Source: Methanimicrococcus stummii (lineage in GTDB: Archaea > Halobacteriota > Methanosarcinia > Methanosarcinales > Methanosarcinaceae). From it: DNA of 32,000 nucleotides. A model generated the notes under the pieces. The model ran no database searches. It was not told the DNA's origin and was given only the letters and a program-made list of their open reading frames with translations. Position 1 is the stretch's first letter. Each line of letters opens with the position of its first letter. The stretch covers positions 742,403 through 774,402 of the forward strand of contig NZ_CP131062.1 in NCBI RefSeq assembly GCF_032594435.1, in the 5' to 3' direction. This document shows positions 10,684 through 20,478 of the stretch, piece by piece. Position numbers and translations under genes: made by a program.

Positions 10684-10760
10684 GGGCCCGTAGCTTAGCC
10701 TGGTGGAGCGTACGGCTGATAACCGTAAGGTCCTGCGTTCGAATCGCAGCGGGCCCACCA
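10684..10760 (+). tRNA. tRNA-Ile (anticodon GAU), CCA encoded
   Basis: Hand-folded cloverleaf: GGGCCCG-TA-GCTT-AGCCTGGTG-GAGC-G-TACGG-CTGATAA-CCGTA-AGGTC-CTGCG-TTCGAAT-CGCAG-CGGGCCC-A-CCA. Confidence 0.9.
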
Positions 10761-11365
10761 TAAATCATTAACGTCTTTTTTGAATAATTTGAATCGAGTA
10801 ATGAATATTTTATTCTTCTATTGATGCTTATTCTGTGTCTTGAAAATTTACTTAAATTCAAGGTTTATTTTTTAATTGTTAAAATTCTTAAATAAAAAAA
10901 TATTTAAATAAATAAAACTTAAGAATTAAATTGACTGTTTTTGACCGTTTAACATTCAATAAATTATTTCAAAATATCTCGAAATAATAAATGAACTATA
11001 AAATATGTTTTAAATATTAATCGATAAATTTAAAATATAATCAATTCGTTTTAGAGAACTGTTTGGAATTATAAAAAATATATAATATATATGTGTCCGG
11101 CTGACATAAAATAAATAATCAGATGCCGGCGCAATCATATATTAATTTCAGGCAATTCAAAGAGATATTATAATTTCGTTATTAGGATTTAATTCTAATA
11201 AATAAGAATAAATATTATAACCTGATAATTATATTTGTCAAAGAAAATTGATATGTTTATTTTTTGAATCAAAATTCCTGACATTCTTTAATTATCAAAA
11301 ACAGCTTCGCTGTAAAAACGTCTAAAAACGAAAAAAAACGAAACGAGCTTAAATGAGGAACTATA

Positions 11366-11728
11366 ATGAGTGAACAATATATTAGCAAAGATTCCGAAAT
11401 GGTAGACCTGCTGAGAAAATTAGACATCAGCAGACCTGTTGCAAAAACATTGGCCTGCTTATCTGACGGAAAAGAATTGACATCCCATTCCATTGAAATG
11501 TCATCCGGCCTCAGACAGCCTGAAGTCAGCATCGCCATGCGTTATCTTAAAAATAATAATTGGATTGAGATCAGAGAAGAAAAAAGAGACAACGGTAAAG
11601 GCAGACCTGTGAAATTTTACAAGCTGACTGTTCCGATGGACAAAATCATTGAAAAGATTGAGGAAAACATCCTTGAAGAAAGAAAAATGATTTTGAGAAA
11701 CATTGAAGAATTAAAGAAAATTTCTTAA
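11366..11728 (+). CDS. Small winged-helix transcriptional regulator (ArsR/TrmB-like)
   Basis: The 120-aa product has an HTH-like segment LTSHSIEMSSGLRQPEVSIAMRYLKNNNWIE, a wing GKGRPVKFYKL and a coiled-coil tail. GAGGAA lies upstream of the ATG. Confidence 0.6.
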   Translation: MSEQYISKDSEMVDLLRKLDISRPVAKTLACLSDGKELTSHSIEMSSGLRQPEVSIAMRYLKNNNWIEIREEKRDNGKGRPVKFYKLTVPMDKIIEKIEENILEERKMILRNIEELKKIS

Positions 11729-12003
11729 TTTTTCTTAATTCTTTTGTTTTTTCTTTTCCAATTCAAAACAATAAAAAATTAAATTTTTTGAAAAACAGTT
11801 TCTTTTCTTTGTTTTTTCAAAAAACCGCAATTTATTTTTTAAATTCAACGGTTTATTTTTATAATTCAATATCCGAAAACGTTGTCAAAACTTCGCTTGA
11901 AAATATTGAATTAAAAAAATAGATGATTTTTTTACTTTTATCAAAAACTTACTTTTATCAAAAACAGGAAAAGAATTGATTAAAAATCAATTCAATTCGT
12001 AAA

Positions 12004-13365
12004 TCAATTTGTTAAAGATTGAATCGGTGCAGGGATTCTGCCGCCGCGTTTTATAAATTCTTCGGAACTGAAATCCGAAACATTCATGACAGGCGCCGCG
12101 CCCAAAAGGCCGCCGAATTCAACGGAATCACCGACTTTTTTACCGACGGCAGGAATAATGCGAACGGCCGTCGTTTTTTTGTTAATGACGCCGATGGCCA
12201 TTTCATCGGCGATAATTGCCGAAATCGTTGACGCGGACGTATTTCCCGGAACCGCAATCATGTCCAAGCCGACGGAGCAGACGCAGGTCATCGCTTCTAA
12301 CTTTTCAAGCGATAAAGCGCCGTCGTTGACGGCGCGGATCATGCCCGCATCCTCGCTGACCGGAATGAAAGCGCCGCTGAGACCGCCGACAGAGGAAGAC
12401 GCCATTGCGCCGCCTTTCTTAACCGCGTCGTTTAAAAGCGCCAGAGCCGCCGTCGTTCCGTGCGTTCCGCAGCGTTCAAGTCCCATCGCTTCCAGGATCT
12501 CCGCCACGCTGTCGCCAACAGCCGGTGTCGGCGCCAAAGAAATATCAACAACACCGAACTCAACGTTAAGTCTTTGAGAAACCTCACGCGCCGCCATTTC
12601 GCCCATGCGGGTGATTTTAAAAGCGGTTTTCTTAATTTCTTCAGAAATCTCCCCAAAAGACGGATTTTTGAGTTTTCGAAGCGCCGCATTGACGACACCG
12701 GGGCCGCTGACACCCGCGTTAATTACGCATTCCGCCTCGCCGACACCGTGAAATGCGCCGGCCATGAACGGATTATCATCAGGCGCGTTGGCAAAGACGA
12801 CCAACTTGGCGCAGCCGATGCTGTCAGCGTCCGCCGTCAGCTTTGCCGCGTCCTTAATCACATTGCCCATCAAAGCAACCGCATCCATATTGATGCCGGC
12901 TTTCGAACTTGCCAAATTAATGGAAGAGCAGACACGTTCGGTTTCGGCAAGCGCTCTCGGAATCGATTCAATCAAACGGCGGTCACCGTTTGTCATTCCC
13001 TTCTGAACCAAAGCGCTGAAGCCGCCGATGAAATTGACGCCGACTTCTTTGGCCGCCCGATCCAAAGTTTTGGCAACGGACACAAAATCGGGACTCACAC
13101 AAGCTTCCGCCGCAATTGCAATCGGCGTTACGGAAATGCGCTTATTAATAATCGGAATGCCGTAAAGGTCTTCAACAGCCTCGGCCGTGCCGACCAAATT
13201 CTCGGCTTTTCCGACAATTTTTTCATAAATATTTTGATTAAAAACATCAATATCGGGATTGGAACAATCTCTCAAACTGATTCCCATCGTCACGGTTCGG
13301 ATATCCAAATTTTCCATCCGGACCATTTCAATGGTTTCCAATATTTCTTCAGACGTCAAATACAT
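12004..13365 (-). CDS. UPF0210 / DUF711 (PFL-like) family protein
   Basis: The N-terminus ...[29 protein letters not shown] is characteristic of UPF0210. The likely ATG is at 13365, preceded by GGAAGTGA; the ORF maximum starts at a TTG at 13386. It is paired with the upstream ACT gene as in many genomes. Confidence 0.8.
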   Translation of the reverse strand: MYLTSEEILETIEMVRMENLDIRTVTMGISLRDCSNPDIDVFNQNIYEKIVGKAENLVGTAEAVEDLYGIPIINKRISVTPIAIAAEACVSPDFVSVAKTLDRAAKEVGVNFIGGFSALVQKGMTNGDRRLIESIPRALAETERVCSSINLASSKAGINMDAVALMGNVIKDAAKLTADADSIGCAKLVVFANAPDDNPFMAGAFHGVGEAECVINAGVSGPGVVNAALRKLKNPSFGEISEEIKKTAFKITRMGEMAAREVSQRLNVEFGVVDISLAPTPAVGDSVAEILEAMGLERCGTHGTTAALALLNDAVKKGGAMASSSVGGLSGAFIPVSEDAGMIRAVNDGALSLEKLEAMTCVCSVGLDMIAVPGNTSASTISAIIADEMAIGVINKKTTAVRIIPAVGKKVGDSVEFGGLLGAAPVMNVSDFSSEEFIKRGGRIPAPIQSLTN

Positions 13366-13386
13366 AAATTCACTTCCGAACGCCAA

Positions 13387-13665
13387 TTAAATGCGGTGCA
13401 TGTATCTGAAAACATCTTCATGCTGAACGCGGATTTCAACTTTCAGCTCTTGTCCGGCTTCGTTCATCTTTTCCTGAAAATCTTTCAAAACGAAATTTTC
13501 ACTTTTGACTTCGCCGATCATAAGCATTGTAAAAATGTCTTCCATAAGCGTTTGACGAATGTCGATAATGTTCACGCCGAAATCGGACATGATGCGCGTC
13601 ACGCCTGCGACAATGCCGACTGTGTCAACACCGATGACTGTAATAACAAAACGGTCTGTTTTCAT
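13387..13665 (-). CDS. ACT-domain protein (UPF0237 family)
   Basis: The 92-aa product FVITVIGVDTVGIVAGVTRIMSDFGVNIIDIRQTLMEDIFTMLM has the ACT fold pattern and sits directly upstream of UPF0210. Confidence 0.8.
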   Translation of the reverse strand: MKTDRFVITVIGVDTVGIVAGVTRIMSDFGVNIIDIRQTLMEDIFTMLMIGEVKSENFVLKDFQEKMNEAGQELKVEIRVQHEDVFRYMHRI

Positions 13666-13813
13666 GGGATTTGGTCCTTAAAATTTATAATTAAAGATAA
13701 TTTATTTTTTGTTTTAATTTATTAATTGAAGAAATACATTTTTGAAGTCTTTCGTTATAATTTCCGGAGATAATTATGAATTTGTCTTTATTGAAATTTA
13801 TGTCCGTTTCATA

Positions 13814-14746
13814 CTATTTTTTCAATTCCGTATTCAATTGCATTCGTGTATCATCGCAATCATTAAATCTGTATCCGTCCGCAACCCATTCAACATCGGG
13901 TTCAAAATACAAAATTAAATCATAATCGGACAAATGGCGAAAATGAATTAATTCCGGTTTTATTTCGCCGGTATACATTTTACTGTAAAACTCTGTGACA
14001 ATAGAGTCGGTATCAATAAATAATAATTTATTTGCCGTTTCAATTCCTTTCTTTTCCGCAAGAATTTGTTCCATTCCAATGTTGATAAAATCTGACGATT
14101 CGTATGCCGCATCATTTCCGCCGAAATACCGCTGAGAATAATATCGGCCTTCTTCTTGAACATAATTCGTATTATACAACAAAGACAACATTTTTGTCAT
14201 TGTCGATTTACCGCAGCTTTCGGTTCCGGTTAATAAAATACGCTTTACAAAATACTCTCTTGCCGACGGAATAATAAAATCCCAATTTTGGTACGGATCA
14301 TTACGAATTTTCGTTGCGCTGACCGGATAAGTTTTCCTTTCCGTGTCATAGAGTTCATATTTAACATCCGGGAAATATTTTGTATATCCTTCTGCTGCAT
14401 ATTGCGGCTCACCGCCGAAAATAACGTCAAATTTTTCAGGAACGGCATCGTTTAATAAAGAGCTCCATTCTTTCCAACCGTTCGGATATTCCGGAATGTT
14501 GCTTTCATCAAGCCCGATTACAGAAATATGCTGAAGCTCATTTAATTCTTTGCTCAGCCATTTCATTTTTTGCTGAAGTGTCGGCGCAGAAAATCCTGTC
14601 TTTTCATACATTTCAAATTCAAGCTTTTCATGATGGGAAACAACGACATACAATTTTTTGCATAATGTTCCCGCGTTCAAAATCGCATTTATGTGCCCAA
14701 TATGCGGCGGCGAAAATTTCCCCGCAAACAGTCCGACATCATACAT
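13814..14746 (-). CDS. nadR: NadR-type bifunctional NMN adenylyltransferase / ribosylnicotinamide kinase (no HTH domain)
   Basis: It has the nucleotidyltransferase motif GKFSPPHIGH, the Walker A motif LLTGTESCGKST, and an 8-nt overlap with pnuC. The coding sequence is low in GC. Confidence 0.8.
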   Translation of the reverse strand: MYDVGLFAGKFSPPHIGHINAILNAGTLCKKLYVVVSHHEKLEFEMYEKTGFSAPTLQQKMKWLSKELNELQHISVIGLDESNIPEYPNGWKEWSSLLNDAVPEKFDVIFGGEPQYAAEGYTKYFPDVKYELYDTERKTYPVSATKIRNDPYQNWDFIIPSAREYFVKRILLTGTESCGKSTMTKMLSLLYNTNYVQEEGRYYSQRYFGGNDAAYESSDFINIGMEQILAEKKGIETANKLLFIDTDSIVTEFYSKMYTGEIKPELIHFRHLSDYDLILYFEPDVEWVADGYRFNDCDDTRMQLNTELKK

Positions 14747-15410
14747 TTAATTTTGCTCCTTTATTCCAGTTATAATATCCGTATACTGCGTTAATAAGAT
14801 ATGCGGTCCACATTAAAACCATAATCGGATTTCCTGCAAGTGTCCACATAATAATGGATATTATGTTAACGATGATCCATAATAACCATTGTTCTTTATA
14901 ACGAAGCGCCATTAAAATTTGAGCAACAACCGAAACGACCGTCGTTATGCTGTCAAGTCCGGTATATGTGCTTCCCAGCATAATTAAAAATTGCTGAAAT
15001 AATATAACGCAAATAATTGTTATTGCAAATAATCCGATTTGTTTTGAAAGTGTTAATTCTTTCATTTGAATGCGTTTATCGGTTGTTGTATTTCGCATCC
15101 ACAAATGAATGCCGATAAATTGCATCGGAAGATAATACAATAAATTGAGTATGACTTCTCCATACAATAAGGAATGAAAAGCGACATAAGCGTATGTAAT
15201 GCAATTGATTAAACCAAATGCGTAATTCCATATACTTCCTTTTGCAGCCAAAACGACGCAAAAAATGCCTGTAATGAATGCAAGAGTTGATACAAAATCG
15301 CTTTCCCAAACAATGTTTAAGATAATCCCGATTATGAAAAATACAACAAGCCACGATATTTCAAAAATTGACCAATTTTTTAAGATACTATTCAATTCAA
15401 ATTTTGCCAT
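14739..15410 (-). CDS. pnuC: Nicotinamide riboside transporter PnuC
   Basis: The 223-aa polytopic membrane protein has PnuC-like segments (WSIFEISWLVV..., AAKGSIWNYAFGLIN..., YLINAVYGYYNW). It forms an operon with nadR. Confidence 0.8.
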   Translation of the reverse strand: MAKFELNSILKNWSIFEISWLVVFFIIGIILNIVWESDFVSTLAFITGIFCVVLAAKGSIWNYAFGLINCITYAYVAFHSLLYGEVILNLLYYLPMQFIGIHLWMRNTTTDKRIQMKELTLSKQIGLFAITIICVILFQQFLIMLGSTYTGLDSITTVVSVVAQILMALRYKEQWLLWIIVNIISIIMWTLAGNPIMVLMWTAYLINAVYGYYNWNKGAKLNV

Positions 15411-15493
15411 TTAATCACCAAGACATTATACAATTTTAGCAGGTGTTTCAAAAATGTTTTGATTGAAATTGACGGATTGTTGGGAGTTTAGAG

Positions 15494-18400
15494 ATGAAGA
15501 GATTTTCTGATTAAACAATATTCTTAAACCGAACTGATTCGGCACCTCACGTTTTCTAAATGTGACATACCTCTGATTTAACAACACTCTCAAACAACTA
15601 CAAACGTTTATGATGAATATATATCGATTTGGAGACCTCTGATTTAACAACACTCTCAAACTATAAACTCGCCGCGAACGGAACAGAAACAGATTTGGAG
15701 ACCTCTGATTTAACAACACTCTCAAACGAAGCGGCGCAGACCTCTAAAACAGACATGAGATTTGGAGACCTCTGATTTAACAACACTCTCAAACTGAATA
15801 AAGCTATGCTGTTGCAGGTTTTTAGATTTGGAGACCTCTGATTTAACAACACTCTCAAACCTAAATTACAAAATCAAAGAAAAACGATAAGATTTGGAGA
15901 CCTCTGATTTAACAACACTCTCAAACTGTGTAAAAAATGTTATTCTTCTTGGACTCGATTTGGAGACCTCTGATTTAACAACACTCTCAAACCGTTCATT
16001 TCCGCTAGCGTAAAGAGTTTTTGATTTGGAGACCTCTGATTTAACAACACTCTCAAACTTTTTCGCGTTCGGTTTCAAGTTCTTCATAGATTTGGAGACC
16101 TCTGATTTAACAACACTCTCAAACAAGTCGTGAGAATAATTGACTTTTTACACAGATTTGGAGACCTCTGATTTAACAACACTCTCAAACAAAAGAAAAG
16201 GGATGCAGTGCTTTCTGCAAGATTTGGAGACCTCTGATTTAACAACACTCTCAAACTTATGAGCCAGCGAGATAACGATTTTACAGGATTTGGAGACCTC
16301 TGATTTAACAACACTCTCAAACGATGTTGAATTAGTTAATTCAAATTCAATTGATTTGGAGACCTCTGATTTAACAACACTCTCAAACGTAAACAAGGTT
16401 CAAACAATGTTTACAATTGATTTGGAGACCTCTGATTTAACAACACTCTCAAACAACAGATAGCGATTTTACCACACTTGATGCGATTTGGAGACCTCTG
16501 ATTTAACAACACTCTCAAACGAATCTTTGATCAACAGTTTGAGACCAATTAGATTTGGAGACCTCTGATTTAACAACACTCTCAAACATGAAGAAAAAAG
16601 AAACTGAAATTTTAACCGATTTGGAGACCTCTGATTTAACAACACTCTCAAACAATATCACGCACGAAAATGAAGACGTGATGGGATTTGGAGACCTCTG
16701 ATTTAACAACACTCTCAAACAGTAACTTCCATTTTAATGTATTCAATTACGATTTGGAGACCTCTGATTTAACAACACTCTCAAACAAACTCGGTGCTTG
16801 TTTCGTCTCCGATTGCGATTTGGAGACCTCTGATTTAACAACACTCTCAAACCAAAAAAGGCATTCAGTCCGCTAAAATGGAGATTTGGAGACCTCTGAT
16901 TTAACAACACTCTCAAACACCGCAAGTAACGCAAAATCTTGTCATTTTGATTTGGAGACCTCTGATTTAACAACACTCTCAAACAAGAAGAAAACGAAGA
17001 TTCGTGTTGCGGTAGATTTGGAGACCTCTGATTTAACAACACTCTCAAACGGGCGCGATATTGCGGAACCGGGTTAACCGGATTTGGAGACCTCTGATTT
17101 AACAACACTCTCAAACCAAGAATTTGACATGAAATTATTTACAAACGATTTGGAGACCTCTGATTTAACAACACTCTCAAACACCCCAGCACGACAACAC
17201 GCCAGTTCGACCGATTTGGAGACCTCTGATTTAACAACACTCTCAAACAAAACTTCATTCCGATAGGAATTGCATACTGATTTGGAGACCTCTGATTTAA
17301 CAACACTCTCAAACCAACAGAATACATTATCACCATTCTCTAAAGATTTGGAGACCTCTGATTTAACAACACTCTCAAACATAGAGATAAACCTATTCGA
17401 GAAGAAGATTGATTTGGAGACCTCTGATTTAACAACACTCTCAAACCGAAGTCCTCGCCACGACTCATTTTCCGAAGATTTGGAGACCTCTGATTTAACA
17501 ACACTCTCAAACCATTTAACTACAAAAAAGGAATTACAGCCCGATTTGGAGACCTCTGATTTAACAACACTCTCAAACGGTGCCGCCGTTGGCAGTTGCG
17601 ACGGGTGCGATTTGGAGACCTCTGATTTAACAACACTCTCAAACCTTTTTGGCGGCAGTAAAAAAGAATCCAATGATTTGGAGACCTCTGATTTAACAAC
17701 ACTCTCAAACAAGAAGCCCTTGACGTGGTCGTTTTTGATGGATTTGGAGACCTCTGATTTAACAACACTCTCAAACTCACTCGGGCAACTGTGGTTTCCT
17801 CAACTTGATTTGGAGACCTCTGATTTAACAACACTCTCAAACTTCTGTAATTTGTGATTTCGGCCGCTGTGTGATTTGGAGACCTCTGATTTAACAACAC
17901 TCTCAAACTGTAGTTTGCCGTCTTGATAACGGTTTTTGGATTTGGAGACCTCTGATTTAACAACACTCTCAAACTGACAAAAGTAAAGTAATGATAACCG
18001 CTATGATTTGGAGACCTCTGATTTAACAACACTCTCAAACTCATGGCTCGACGCCCTTTTACAAGGCGCAGATTTGGAGACCTCTGATTTAACAACACTC
18101 TCAAACGCGCTGTGTTTGCGCCGCAATTGGTCATTCGATTTGGAGACCTCTGATTTAACAACACTCTCAAACTTTCATAAGTCGTGTATTCCGTCAAGTC
18201 GGGATTTGGAGACCTCTGATTTAACAACACTCTCAAACGGGCGTCCTCAGCGAAGCCGAACGCTTCCGGATTTGGAGACCTCTGATTTAACAACACTCTC
18301 AAACCCAAAGAACACGAATTAAATCTGATATATTGATTTGGAGACCTCTGATTTAACAACACTCTCAAACACACCGTCACAGGACGTTTACACGACCACG

Positions 18401-19425
18401 GATTTGGAGACCTCTGATTTAACAACACTCTCAAACTTGATACTAATGTATTGGAAGAAGCTACTAGATTTGGAGACCTCTGATTTAACAACACTCTCAA
18501 ACGGTGAAAACCGTCTACTACAATATAAACATGATTTGGAGACCTCTGATTTAACAACACTCTCAAACCTTCTCCGGATCCGTCAAGGTTCAATTTGTGA
18601 TTTGGAGACCTCTGATTTAACAACACTCTCAAACCGGATAAACCGGCAAAAAGAAAATCATGGCGATTTGGAGACCTCTGATTTAACAACACTCTCAAAC
18701 ACCGTTTTCCGGACATTGAATGACATCTGTGATTTGGAGACCTCTGATTTAACAACACTCTCAAACCGTATTCTGTCATGTTGTCGCCCCACGTTGGATT
18801 TGGAGACCTCTGATTTAACAACACTCTCAAACGGAAAAATGAAAATTTTGGTGTTTGGAGAGATTTGGAGACCTCTGATTTAACAACACTCTCAAACAAT
18901 ATTGCATTTACAATGATACATATTTTAGATTTGGAGACCTCTGATTTAACAACACTCTCAAACATAGATTCGGGCGTAATTATTAGCAAAGTAGATTTGG
19001 AGACCTCTGATTTAACAACACTCTCAAACATAATTGAAGAATCTTAAAGAGAATAAAGCGATTTGGAGACCTCTGATTTAACAACACTCTCAAACGCGCG
19101 GTATGAAACAGGCCAGCAGGCTTTTGATTTGGAGACCTCTGATTTAACAACACTCTCAAACTCCAATCCGTCCAGCTTGGGCTTAAAGTCGGATTTGGAG
19201 ACCTCTGATTTAACAACACTCTCAAACAGCGCGTTTATTTCCGTGGACGGTCAGTTTGATTTGGAGACCTCTGATTTAACAACACTCTCAAACGTCAGCC
19301 CGTATCTGAACGCGGCGTTAAAAGATTTGGAGACCTCTGATTTAACAACACTCTCAAACTTATCCCTCGTTTTTCGTTGCTTTTCGTAAGATTTGGAGAC
19401 CTCTGATTTAACAACACTCTCAAAC
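15494..19425 (-). CRISPR. Type II-A CRISPR array with 58 intact and 2 degenerate repeats and 59 spacers
   Basis: In the transcribed (minus) sense the repeat is GTTTGAGAGTGTTGTTAAATCAGAGGTCTCCAAATC (36 nt). I located every repeat by hand from 15626 to 19425. Fifty-five spacers are 30 nt, three are 31 nt and one is 29 nt. The repeats at 15560-15595 and 15494-15529 are progressively degenerate, marking the trailer end. The csn2-proximal end is the leader end. Confidence 0.97.
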
Positions 19426-19445
19426 CTCAAATGTTGTTATAGTAT
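19426..19445 (-). promoter_or_regulatory. CRISPR leader-repeat junction; the rest of the leader must overlap the csn2 3' end
   Basis: Only 20 nt (ATACTATAACAACATTTGAG, minus sense) separate the csn2 stop from repeat 1. The junction ends in ATTTGAG. The AT-rich stretch TTTATTAAATA overlaps the csn2 stop codon. Confidence 0.6.
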
Positions 19446-20138
19446 TTAATAAATATCGTTATCATTGTGTCCTAAAATGGGTATTTCACAAAGATTTTCA
19501 TCAATTATACGTGTTATTTCAAATTCTAACATTGATCTTTGTTGATTTTCAATAAACAAAACATTTCTTTTATGGTAGTTTATATGGGTGTATAATTGAA
19601 TAATTTCAAGTTCTGTTAAAAAAGATTTTAAATTGGTAAAAATAAATAATTTTGTTTTTCGATATTCGGAACAAATATCCATATAATCACAAATGTTTTC
19701 AACTAATGAGCCCGAAACCGAAAAACGAACATTCAGCACTTTAAATAAACCGATAAGATCCGGAGTGTCCAGTTCCAATAAACTTTGTTGTCTTTCAATG
19801 ATTTTATGAATGTTTGTTTCGATTTCAGAAAGAAAAGAGTTTGTACTTAAGAACAGTTCTTCATCCAACGCATCTTTTTTCATTGCAGCATACAGTTTAT
19901 TCAAAATATCTCTTTCGTTTAGATTTATAGAAAAAGGATTTACAATAACATCAACATAATCTGAGATTGAAAAGGCCGCATCATTTTCATAAAGCTCAAA
20001 ACGACTGATTTCATCAGAGGATGGCAAGAGTTCTTTTATTATTTTGGTCATATAGGCCGGATTTTCAATGACTAAAATATTAATAACCCCATCTTGAAAT
20101 GAAATCGGTTCATCAAATTCATAGTATGACAAAAGCAT
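19446..20138 (-). CDS. csn2: Csn2, the type II-A signature adaptation protein
   Basis: The product MLLSYYEFDEPISFQDGVINILVIENP...KLFIFTNLKSFLTELE...VLFIEN is collinear with the S. pyogenes-type short Csn2 as I recall it. The ATG at 20138 is preceded by AGAGGGA; the ORF maximum at 20213 would overlap cas2. Confidence 0.8.
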   Translation of the reverse strand: MLLSYYEFDEPISFQDGVINILVIENPAYMTKIIKELLPSSDEISRFELYENDAAFSISDYVDVIVNPFSINLNERDILNKLYAAMKKDALDEELFLSTNSFLSEIETNIHKIIERQQSLLELDTPDLIGLFKVLNVRFSVSGSLVENICDYMDICSEYRKTKLFIFTNLKSFLTELEIIQLYTHINYHKRNVLFIENQQRSMLEFEITRIIDENLCEIPILGHNDNDIY

Positions 20139-20157
20139 CGTAATCCCTCTTTTTGCA

Positions 20158-20478
20158 TTATAATATAACAAGACGTTGCTGTGTATCAATTGTTTCTTTT
20201 TGCCCTTCGCCAACTAAAAATTCCATACTTTGATATTGTTTTTCTGTAATCACTAAAATTTGAACCAATCCTGTTTCCGGAAGATTTTTCTTTAAATTGT
20301 CAATAACTGCATTCGATGCGGTTCCGTTGAGCGCAATTTTTGAATAAACAGATTTTTGGATCATAATAAATCCTTGAGAAATGAGATATTTACGAAATTT
20401 TGTATATTGCCGAGTATCTTTTTTTGTCAGCATCGGTAAATCAAAAAAAATAACAACACGCATAAACCTAAACCTCAT
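20158..20478 (-). CDS. cas2: CRISPR-associated endoribonuclease Cas2
   Basis: MRFRFMRVVIFFDLPMLTKKDTRQYTKFRKYLISQGFIMIQKSVYSK parallels the type II-A Cas2 N-terminus. An ATGA start/stop overlap links it to cas1. Confidence 0.9.
   Translation of the reverse strand: MRFRFMRVVIFFDLPMLTKKDTRQYTKFRKYLISQGFIMIQKSVYSKIALNGTASNAVIDNLKKNLPETGLVQILVITEKQYQSMEFLVGEGQKETIDTQQRLVIL

Noticed and set aside
10625-10861. A 78-aa minus-strand ORF.
   Set aside because: It runs antisense through tRNA-Ile, so it is spurious.
11050-11080. GTTTTAGAGAACTGTTTGGAAT, which resembles the start of the S. pyogenes-type II-A repeat GTTTTAGAGCTATGCTGTTTTGAATGG.
   Set aside because: It is a single copy in a very AT-rich intergenic region with no adjacent second repeat. 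It differs from the local repeat, and a 9-mer plus a partial match is plausible by chance.
10861-11365. A long AT-rich non-coding block as a candidate replication origin.
   Set aside because: There is no adjacent orc1/cdc6 gene and I could recognise no ORB-like repeated boxes. Intergenic regions throughout this window are similarly AT-rich.
12460-13725. A 421-aa plus-strand ORF antisense to the UPF0210 and ACT genes.
   Set aside because: It is a shadow ORF. The minus-strand products have clear family signatures, while this one is low-complexity (R/N/F-rich) with no recognisable motifs. The same reasoning applies to 26098-26613, 28224-28811, 29351-29821, 31398-31943 and 22304-22675.
13786-13805. 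A 12-nt direct repeat TTATTGAAATTT at both island edges (also about 25623) as a possible att site.
   Set aside because: An AT-rich 12-mer in AT-rich flanks has an appreciable chance expectation, and no integrase is present. I kept it only as a weak note in the island finding.
15411-15493. A possible pnuC-motif (NAD+-II) riboswitch upstream of pnuC.
   Set aside because: Only about 83 nt are available and a TATAAT box lies 14 nt from the ATG, leaving a very short 5' UTR. I saw only a weak ACACC/GGTGA pairing and cannot recall the consensus well enough to support a call. A covariance-model scan (Rfam pnuC motif) would settle it.
15426-19389. Many long ORFs on both strands across the array, for example 17520-19031 (503 aa), 17074-17712 and 17270-17857, with repeating peptides RVLLNQRSPN, FESVVKSEVSKS and DLETSDLTTLSN.
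   Set aside because: They are artefacts of translating the stop-free 36-nt CRISPR repeat with its 66-nt period. The repeated peptide is simply the repeat in three frames.
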